Origin: a virus
Taxonomy: Duplodnaviria; Caudoviricetes
Strand: one strand, 5' to 3'
DNA length: 64,000 nt
IMG/VR virus record: IMGVR_UViG_3300038679_000357
Span: 32,001 to 96,000 of that record
Under the pieces are notes generated by a model. It had not been told where the DNA came from and ran no database searches. It saw nothing but the letters and a program-made list of their open reading frames with translations. Shown here in pieces: positions 56,465 to 64,000 of this stretch; the stretch's first letter is position 1; each line of letters opens with the position of its first letter. Made by a program: the position numbers and the translations under genes.

Positions 56465-57036
56465 AGTTCCCCTTTTTTAGTTAAGTAAATATCACGAGCT
56501 TGATTGTAAATCTCCCTCATCTCATGCTGATTAAAATCTTCAATGCACTCATTCATTCTGGAATAAGCGTTTTTGACCCAGCTTCTAACCTTTTCATCCG
56601 AACTTAACCGAAGAAGCAATCTACATTGCATTGCTGCCATCATGTGCTCCATTGCTAAAAGTCCGCCCTTACCTGAATCCAATGACGAAGAAACGGCAAT
56701 AGTTTTTTCTACAACTGGTCCATCTATATTTATGCCGAATTCTTCGCATATTTTATCAAGAGCCTCTTGATAACTCAAGGTAAAGTAAGTCATAAAGAAT
56801 TGTACAACACTTCCCTTAGCGCCACAGCCAAAACAATGAAACCACCACCCATTATTCCCCTTACTAATACTAAATGATGGATCACTATCGCCATGAAATG
56901 GGCACAAACACTTACACTGTTCACGACACCCTATCCATCGTATAGCAATACCCAATTCCGACTCCATATACGCCGGAAGATCAATACTCGCTGATGCAAG
57001 GCGCTTTGCGTCGGTGAAAAACTTGCCGCCCTTCAT
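56461..57036 (-). CDS. Stand-alone primase zinc-binding (CHC2) domain protein
   Basis: CLCPFHGDSDPSFSI...WFHCFGCGAKG; C-terminal helical extension; no TOPRIM domain. Confidence 0.88.
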   Translation of the reverse strand: MKGGKFFTDAKRLASASIDLPAYMESELGIAIRWIGCREQCKCLCPFHGDSDPSFSISKGNNGWWFHCFGCGAKGSVVQFFMTYFTLSYQEALDKICEEFGINIDGPVVEKTIAVSSSLDSGKGGLLAMEHMMAAMQCRLLLRLSSDEKVRSWVKNAYSRMNECIEDFNQHEMREIYNQARDIYLTKKGEL

Positions 57037-58736
57037 TTTTCTACCGACAAAGATGCGGACTCAACAGGAAGAAAACTAACTGAAAGTTTTTTATTCACCG
57101 ACTCCTCTCCTCCAAGGGCGAAAAATGACGACAGATACGATGTCGCCAAACTAGATACCCCAGGTCGGCGAAGGCTAGATGCAACCATGCATTTTTCGTC
57201 CATCAACACATGCGTAACGTCCGGCATTGTTGCTTTAACGGAATGCATTTCAAATAGACTAGATTCCATGTCATAGATATCACAGATATCGCGATCCCAT
57301 CCTACAACCCAGCGAAGCCCAGCCGGAGCGTCTAAACGAGCTTTCGTCGCATAAATGATCAGCCCGTTCCGGGGGTGCTGAACAACCGAAAATACATAGT
57401 CTGGATCTCTTGTCAGCGCCTGAGAACCACCAACGTTTTCCACACCAACAAAAATGCTTGATTTTTCACCCTTATCGAGAAATTCTTTTTTACGGAATTC
57501 CTTGATCTTTTCACTGGGGATCGATTGTGCGCTACAAACGAAAACATTATGCTTCTTTCCCCATGCCTGGATCTGCTGACTGATCCAAGCAAGTTCGAGA
57601 TCGCGACGATCCCTAACGTTCGACATCTTTTTCGGGTTGATTCCAAAAACCTCCAAATAATCAAAATATACCGCATCAAAACCGCCCATAACGGCAGCAT
57701 ACTTATCAACCAACGCAAGGATGTCGTCGACCATCATCCCCTGCTCGACCGTGATCGTGAATAGATTACATCCTTCTGTCCGGTCAAACTCTTCTTTTGC
57801 AGTATAAAGACGATTCCATAACTCGTCAGTCATTCCTTCTGGACCGCGAACAAGCTTCATTTTCTTGGATGGAATACGGGACCGACGTGCTAACAGTCGT
57901 TTCGTCACCTCTTTTCCGGTTGATTCGACAGTGACATACCCAACCTTATACCCTGTTCTTGCCATATTGCTGGCAAAATTCAACATCACCGATGTCTTTC
58001 CGCCGTTTGGAAACCCAAGGATGACTGCGTATTTGCCACGAGCGAAACCAAGGAACTCATCATCAATACACGATAATCCACACAGCAGATCACGATCTCT
58101 CAGCTCAACCGTCTTTGCTTTTTCCATATCGGCAATCACCTGATTGGATAAAGAAGAACTGAAATCAGCGGAGAATCTTTTTTCATTCGTCCTTGCGGAA
58201 GTCATGATTATATCATTGATATCATCCCCGAGCTTCTGTATGACCTTATGTTGATCAGTTTTGGTCGTTTTGAAGATATCGTCAAGCAACGCTCCACCGC
58301 GAATCAACTGGTATAATTTATTTTGCGTACAACGAGATATGAGCGCCTCCTTCAGTCGAGGGTAATCTTCTGAGGACACCTTCTGCGTGTCGTACGTCGA
58401 ATACCGTGCAATCCATCGGGGAACTTCAAGAGAGGGTACGTGTGCCTCTGCAATGCTACGGAAAGACAAATCAGTCAACTGCGCCCCGCCGTACCTCATA
58501 TAATAAATCATGAGATACAGGTAAAATTCTGCATGCTCAGTCCACATAAAATGATCGCATGTGATGCCGCTATGCTCTATCGCATCAACAAGCAAATCCT
58601 TATGGTGAATCATCAAGGCTATAAAAAATGATTCATCGGTTTTTGCCGCATTGTAGAATGCAAGATTTTCAATTCTTTTCCTGTTTTTCAACTCGGCAAT
58701 TTTTTTCGCTACGTCAATTTTATCGATTGGAATCAT
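57033..58736 (-). CDS. dnaB: DnaB-like replicative helicase
   Basis: GFPNGGKTS Walker A, VTVE, YFDYLE Walker B, SAQ, K.R; adjacent to the primase Zn domain. Confidence 0.85.
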   Translation of the reverse strand: MIPIDKIDVAKKIAELKNRKRIENLAFYNAAKTDESFFIALMIHHKDLLVDAIEHSGITCDHFMWTEHAEFYLYLMIYYMRYGGAQLTDLSFRSIAEAHVPSLEVPRWIARYSTYDTQKVSSEDYPRLKEALISRCTQNKLYQLIRGGALLDDIFKTTKTDQHKVIQKLGDDINDIIMTSARTNEKRFSADFSSSLSNQVIADMEKAKTVELRDRDLLCGLSCIDDEFLGFARGKYAVILGFPNGGKTSVMLNFASNMARTGYKVGYVTVESTGKEVTKRLLARRSRIPSKKMKLVRGPEGMTDELWNRLYTAKEEFDRTEGCNLFTITVEQGMMVDDILALVDKYAAVMGGFDAVYFDYLEVFGINPKKMSNVRDRRDLELAWISQQIQAWGKKHNVFVCSAQSIPSEKIKEFRKKEFLDKGEKSSIFVGVENVGGSQALTRDPDYVFSVVQHPRNGLIIYATKARLDAPAGLRWVVGWDRDICDIYDMESSLFEMHSVKATMPDVTHVLMDEKCMVASSLRRPGVSSLATSYLSSFFALGGEESVNKKLSVSFLPVESASLSVEK

Positions 58737-58740
58737 ATCT

Positions 58741-59580
58741 TTATGCCTCGCCCTTCATTATATTTGATGATTCATTATTATTTGAAACAGTACCGCCCAT
58801 CTGATCTGATGTTTTATCTCCTTTTGGGCGAGTAGTAAGTCTAACAATACGCCGATCATAATCAATCGATGATTGAAGCATATGTGAAGTCTTCAAAATA
58901 TTATCCAGCTCCACGCCAATTCCCCGCCTCAAACATGCGGAGCAACCATCACGAAACGAGATAATTGTAGTTTTACCGCCATCTATCCTACTTCTCATAA
59001 TTTCATCAATTCTGGATAACGCATACACCAATGCTTTTTGATGGAGAGCCCATTCGCTTTTCATCTCAGAAATGAAAAGAAAATCAGCACTACAAACCAT
59101 ATCGCAAAATTCATCACGTCTTATCTTATCGTAATCAAGAATGGCGTTCAAAAATTTCGAAAAGTCAAAATGCCTAGCCAACAAATTAGATGAAAAATCG
59201 TTACACAATGAGGCGTACGAAACGGCTGACACGAGCACAGACATTCCGATCAGTCTTCTAACCTCATCTTGAGGAGTTTTTTGAGACTCCGAAAAGCCAT
59301 CAATCAATATGAAATATTTCTTAGTCCAAATGTCTGGTCTGTTGTAAATAAAATCGATCGCCACCTTATCGCCAATCAACGAATTTTTCACAGCAATATG
59401 CGGGATATTCCAGTAACCTTCGTCTACACCAGCCTCATTCAACGACTTCGTCCAATACCTATATGCCGACAATACAGCAGCTTTAACTCCATCATTGCCA
59501 ATTTCACTCACGTCAAACCTCCGAGACGTTGTAGCTAGAAATAACCCGTATGAAATCAGCCAAACCGTCGTCCCATTCAC
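58741..59580 (-). CDS. DnaC/IstB-like helicase loader, degenerate AAA+
   Basis: ADFLFISEM, IDEIMRSR...GKTTIIS; Walker A reduced to GFSESQKT; directly upstream of dnaB. Confidence 0.5.
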   Translation of the reverse strand: MNGTTVWLISYGLFLATTSRRFDVSEIGNDGVKAAVLSAYRYWTKSLNEAGVDEGYWNIPHIAVKNSLIGDKVAIDFIYNRPDIWTKKYFILIDGFSESQKTPQDEVRRLIGMSVLVSAVSYASLCNDFSSNLLARHFDFSKFLNAILDYDKIRRDEFCDMVCSADFLFISEMKSEWALHQKALVYALSRIDEIMRSRIDGGKTTIISFRDGCSACLRRGIGVELDNILKTSHMLQSSIDYDRRIVRLTTRPKGDKTSDQMGGTVSNNNESSNIMKGEA

Positions 59581-61012
59581 TTTTATTTTTCACCGGAAAA
59601 TTGGAACCATACAGTTTAGCAATCATCGCCTCAGACCGCAGCATCGAACTTACTCCAGTGACATTTTTCTCCGTAACCTTTCGAATCATTTTATACGAAG
59701 TGGAGTTAATGTCGAGTTTTCTGATACGGGCTAAGCCAATTTCGACTTCATTAGGATCTTCTCTCTTGTTTACTCGCTGTCGATATTCTTGAATGTAAGC
59801 GCACACCACAGATATTCCATAGATACACGACAGAAAAATAAATCGTCTATCGCCAGGTTCTGTGCTCCATATTTGTTCAAGGTGGTCAAAAATATGGAAT
59901 CTCGCCCTCATTAAACTCCCTGGATCTGTGCCGGAGGCAGCAAACTCCGACTCTTTTGAGAGTAATAATTTTGTTATGTCAAATTTACCATGAGAAGTAG
60001 TAGTTAAAGATTCACGGGTAACATTATGCGCGAGCCAGCGACAATATATCCACGTTCGCCCATAAGATGTGGCTTCCAGCCTTTTTACCACATTCATGAC
60101 GTCCTGCTTACATGCCACATTAATGAAAAATGGGTAATCATGTTGTAACGCGCATCGGCGACGGATCTCTCGTGATAAATATTCAACCACATGACTATAC
60201 GCCTTATGAGGGACTAACTCACAGTCATTCATTTCCGCCAACTTATCTCTCCACCCATCCTTATCAACAATGGATGGTTTCACCCATACTTTCTCTTCTG
60301 ACTTTTTGAAAACAGAGGAAATTGGAACAATGCCCATTTCCCCTTCATCAATGCCAACAAAACCCTTATCAAGAATCGATCTATGAATCAAATCAACCTT
60401 TAATCTCGCCCTATCAATACAGGAAAATGAATCAATTGACTTCAAATACGAAATAATTTCGTCCATCGTATTTTTGTCGGAAAATCGATCTCCAGCGAAA
60501 GAGCGAACAAGAGGATGTAGCGATGCTAACTTTTTCCTGATCAACTTATCATATGATGATGTCGTAAACGGGCAATCCGCGTCGCATCTCGGACCAACAG
60601 AATGAAGTCGCAATATCAATGACGGATAAAGGGCAACAATTGCCGTGTTCATCGATTTCCACGACAGAAAAAACAACTCTGGAGAAAGAGAGATTTCATC
60701 GTCATTTGTTAAAATCCCATAAACCATATTGGCAGCCGACATTGATGCAATTTCTTCAAGAAAAGCAATCTTCCTCGCGTTAATATCACATCGCTTTCCG
60801 TAAATTGCCTGTACCACTTCATTGACTGGCTTTTTTTTAGTCCACACCGACCGCCAGCCGGTTGTAAATCCAGAAGAGGAGATCTCATCCACAATATAAG
60901 AAAACACCTTAAAATGCTTCGCTGTAGCAACTCGCTCAGCTACCACTATTGACGTCACACTCGGGTTTTCAATACAAGCTGCATACAGCTTGCTGTAATC
61001 ATAACTTACCAT
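59513..61012 (-). CDS. Hypothetical protein
   Basis: 499-aa ORF between the SF2 helicase and the loader-like gene. Confidence 0.75.
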   Translation of the reverse strand: MVSYDYSKLYAACIENPSVTSIVVAERVATAKHFKVFSYIVDEISSSGFTTGWRSVWTKKKPVNEVVQAIYGKRCDINARKIAFLEEIASMSAANMVYGILTNDDEISLSPELFFLSWKSMNTAIVALYPSLILRLHSVGPRCDADCPFTTSSYDKLIRKKLASLHPLVRSFAGDRFSDKNTMDEIISYLKSIDSFSCIDRARLKVDLIHRSILDKGFVGIDEGEMGIVPISSVFKKSEEKVWVKPSIVDKDGWRDKLAEMNDCELVPHKAYSHVVEYLSREIRRRCALQHDYPFFINVACKQDVMNVVKRLEATSYGRTWIYCRWLAHNVTRESLTTTSHGKFDITKLLLSKESEFAASGTDPGSLMRARFHIFDHLEQIWSTEPGDRRFIFLSCIYGISVVCAYIQEYRQRVNKREDPNEVEIGLARIRKLDINSTSYKMIRKVTEKNVTGVSSMLRSEAMIAKLYGSNFPVKNKSEWDDGLADFIRVISSYNVSEV

Positions 61013-62559
61013 TGTTTAATATCCTGCTCATTAATAAAATCACACATAGCTGACTTTAAGTCACCAAGTTTGCCAACCTCATGGATCTTAAAGCATGGTT
61101 CTTGCTCAATAATTTCTCTTACCTTAATCCCTTGCTCGAAAAGATTTTTGACAGTATGGCGAAAATAAACAAAAACTCCATACTTTTTCGACTGATACTT
61201 GCGGATGCACCTACCAATACGTTGAGGGATACGGGTAACACTCGATCCGCCAGACAACATCAATACCGCCTGCAATGGTTTTATGTCCAACCCCTCGTCA
61301 GCCAATGACGTGGCGATAAGCACCTTCAATTCACTTCGGCGCATAGAGCTAATCACTTCTGAGCGTTTCTTCCGTTTCTCCCTTCCACTCAGAAATTCAG
61401 AGCCTGGAATTAACTTTTGCAATGCCTTCCCATGCTTTACTCTATGAACCAAAACTAGGGTTAAAATATCGTTTGTCGACAAAAATTTAACAACATCAAT
61501 TACAGCGTTATTGAAGTCAACGTTGTCAACAACCACTGCCTCGTATCGCTTGGCGTAATTCTCAATATCTCCATCGACCTTCGCCGCCACCCTTGTATAA
61601 AAAATGTGCCCAGGAACAAGGTAGCCTCTTTCAGTTAAATATGTCGCTGAAATCTCCACGATTTTTCTACCAAATAACCCCTGTATGATCAACTCCTTTC
61701 CATCTTCACGCACGGGAGTGGCTGAACCGCCAAATTTATAATAGGCATTGCTCGCTGCAAAAATCACCTCTTTGCAAGTATCGGCAGCAGCGTGGTGGAC
61801 TTCATCAAAATACAAGCCAATACAATCGGCAATATGCTTCTTAATCCGGTCGGCGTTGTTAAGGATAAATGCCTCATCCTCATCCCACACACAATCTGAA
61901 TCAATTTTATGCTTCTTGATGTCAAATTTGACGTCATTAGCATGGAGGCACATGATAGCGGTCTGCACCATACAAACCGTTACATCCTTCAAAATACATT
62001 TTCCATCTCCAATAATCCCGACTTCTACCCCCAAAAAACTTTCCAAGGTGTCGACAGCCTGCTCCATTAAGTCAATCGACATTACAAAATATATAAACGG
62101 TTTAACCTTCAATGCAGCAATCAACTCGGTAACAATCAATGTTTTTCCACCACCCGTAGCAATCTGCATGATCCCTCTGGTATATTGAACGCACCTGGAA
62201 ACTGTCGATTTTGCATATGGTCGTTCTTCATACGGGAAACTTGAAGGGGGAGTAAACGAAACTGAAAAATTTTGAAGAGGTGCAATTCTTTTGTCTTTTA
62301 TATTGATGACATAGCCATACGCGATCAAAGAATCTCTGACGATCGATAGCAGTCCGGTCATAAATGAATTGCCGTCTTCAAGAAGCTTTATCATGCCGTC
62401 CCACTTACCATCAGCATACGCCTGCGTAAATTCACACCCCTGGATTCGATAAGACATAGCCTGCTTGAGATTACGGACGACATCGTCCGGCAATTCAGTA
62501 ACTATGTGAGAATATTGATTAGCGACAATAATCGTCGCGTTTTTTGATTCCTGGGTCAA
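61006..62559 (-). CDS. SF2 DEAD/H helicase (UvsW-like)
   Basis: IATGGGKT, DEVHH, SATP.R.DG, EGLDI, QRIGR.IR. Confidence 0.92.
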   Translation of the reverse strand: MTQESKNATIIVANQYSHIVTELPDDVVRNLKQAMSYRIQGCEFTQAYADGKWDGMIKLLEDGNSFMTGLLSIVRDSLIAYGYVINIKDKRIAPLQNFSVSFTPPSSFPYEERPYAKSTVSRCVQYTRGIMQIATGGGKTLIVTELIAALKVKPFIYFVMSIDLMEQAVDTLESFLGVEVGIIGDGKCILKDVTVCMVQTAIMCLHANDVKFDIKKHKIDSDCVWDEDEAFILNNADRIKKHIADCIGLYFDEVHHAAADTCKEVIFAASNAYYKFGGSATPVREDGKELIIQGLFGRKIVEISATYLTERGYLVPGHIFYTRVAAKVDGDIENYAKRYEAVVVDNVDFNNAVIDVVKFLSTNDILTLVLVHRVKHGKALQKLIPGSEFLSGREKRKKRSEVISSMRRSELKVLIATSLADEGLDIKPLQAVLMLSGGSSVTRIPQRIGRCIRKYQSKKYGVFVYFRHTVKNLFEQGIKVREIIEQEPCFKIHEVGKLGDLKSAMCDFINEQDIKQW

Positions 62560-62851
62560 CTTTCAAGACTCCTTTATTGATAATCGACTCCCTCGTTACA
62601 GGTTTTTTGTCCGGCGGGATGGCGATATCAGGCATGCTCAATACGGATGATTCAAAGTGCAATTCGCACATGGAATCGCACTTGGGACAGACGTAATCTA
62701 TGTAGAAGTCACCAAAAAATATAGGAGAAAGGCAAACCCCGAAGGAAAAAATGGATGTTTCTGGCAGTTCCGCTTGACAATACGGGCACACTCCTCTCAT
62801 CCATGAAGGAATGCCAAATTCTTTTATGGCGATGTTTCTCTCTTTTTTCAC
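62519..62851 (-). CDS. Zinc-ribbon protein
   Basis: CPYC...CPKC. Confidence 0.65.
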   Translation of the reverse strand: MKKERNIAIKEFGIPSWMRGVCPYCQAELPETSIFSFGVCLSPIFFGDFYIDYVCPKCDSMCELHFESSVLSMPDIAIPPDKKPVTRESIINKGVLKVDPGIKKRDDYCR

Positions 62852-62905
62852 GCTCTCTTCTCCGAAGCTCTGTAGCCAAGAACTATACCAATGAGAAGAG
62901 GATTT

Positions 62906-64000
62906 TCAAGCGCGGGAGTTCTTCAACACCATGTCGAAAACACGATTGATGATTTTATAATAACCTTCCTGCTGGGCTGCCCGCATCTCATCCCCCATAT
63001 CATATGGGGCAATCATGTACGCACCATCCGATACAAGATACTCTTTTTCTACCGGCAGTCCAGCTAATGTCGCTGAGTTTGATCGCACAGACTCTATAAT
63101 AACTTGATAGCCGGAATTTTCTTCCGCATCCCTATTTTCCATAACTTTCGCATGCATTCCAACTAAATTAGCTGGAATCAAGCTGTTAAACGTCAAATTA
63201 GACACCCCCTTCTCACGGTCCTTGGATAGAAAATATTTTTTACTTGGGGGAATAAACTGCTCCATCAACTTTTTCATCAAGAAAAAGCGATTCTTTCGAA
63301 CGTATTCAGCGTCCATCTTAGAGAGATGAGTGTAAGACTCCATAGCGTGCGCTGTGGCTTCCGTTGGTGAACTAAGATAATTCTTTGTGTTTTCCAAGAG
63401 CCCGGCAAGTGTCGAGCGATCCACTTGAACTGGTGGTTTCATAGAATCTGGATCTGCTTTACCAGAAATAACCAAAAGATCATCAATATAATGCGATACT
63501 TCATGAATAATTACGTCGCTGACCTTATCCATATTCATACCATGAGACGCCATGTTTATCAAAATCAATGGGGGTTCAATGCCGCCAAAGTTTTTCAATA
63601 ACTCCGCCCTCGATTTATCCGTCAACTGTCTTGGGCTAATATATCCGCCAAGCGTCCCCTTGTCGTTAGGCATAAGCGTCAGAATGATGCTAATGTCTTT
63701 GAAATCCACCCCCCGATCTTCAAACATTTTTTTACATTCTACATAAACTGGAGGGATCGTTTTTATGGAAATTACTTTTCCTGGGTATGCAGACAGATCG
63801 CGAACCTCTTTCCCATGCAGCTTTCGAATTATAAGAATTTCCTTATCATGAATTTCTTTATCGACATTTGTTTTTTTATTATCATTCAATTTTTCATCGA
63901 ACTCAAAGGGAATAAACCCAGTTATGTTATTTGTTGACGGATCAAACTCCTTAACGTCAACCAGTCCATCATAGCCAAAAACGTTAAATGCCTTTTCCGG
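62906..64000 (-). CDS. Zincin-like metalloprotease-domain protein, 5'-truncated by the window edge
   Basis: IIHEVSHYID HEXXH plus PTE..AH; the frame stays open for 37 codons upstream of 63889 to position 64000. Confidence 0.65.
   Translation of the reverse strand, partial: PEKAFNVFGYDGLVDVKEFDPSTNNITGFIPFEFDEKLNDNKKTNVDKEIHDKEILIIRKLHGKEVRDLSAYPGKVISIKTIPPVYVECKKMFEDRGVDFKDISIILTLMPNDKGTLGGYISPRQLTDKSRAELLKNFGGIEPPLILINMASHGMNMDKVSDVIIHEVSHYIDDLLVISGKADPDSMKPPVQVDRSTLAGLLENTKNYLSSPTEATAHAMESYTHLSKMDAEYVRKNRFFLMKKLMEQFIPPSKKYFLSKDREKGVSNLTFNSLIPANLVGMHAKVMENRDAEENSGYQVIIESVRSNSATLAGLPVEKEYLVSDGAYMIAPYDMGDEMRAAQQEGYYKIINRVFDMVLKNSRA

Overview
This window looks like part of a large (jumbo-type) tailed-phage genome. 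Genes are densely packed and almost all on the minus strand. Bases 1-4.4 kb hold a tRNA array: 10 standard-type tRNAs (one cut off by the window edge, two Leu with short variable loops), a D-armless tRNA-Tyr-like gene, a 167-nt tRNA-like RNA and a tRNA remnant, interleaved with four free-standing HNH/LAGLIDADG endonuclease genes. The rest encodes a near-complete bacterial-type replisome: split DnaE, DnaQ-like exonuclease, DnaX, HolA-like, DnaN, DnaB, DnaC-like and a primase split into two distant genes. It also carries recombination/repair genes (RecA, RecJ, RecD2, SbcCD, RuvC-like, 5'-3' exonuclease, SF2 helicase, gp32-like SSB), two sigma factors, a tandem SpoVS, DnaJ, a Clp ATPase, PhoH, dNMP kinase, an NrdG-like activase, Gmd and scattered virion-type genes. 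The most notable observations are an intein-free split DnaE whose halves share a duplicated palm segment, the tRNA-like RNA beside an HNH gene, a conserved pseudoknot-capable leader abutting each of two tRNA-Gly genes, and a recurrent -35-less promoter motif (GTTGTATAAT). All calls come from reading motifs by eye; no database search was run.
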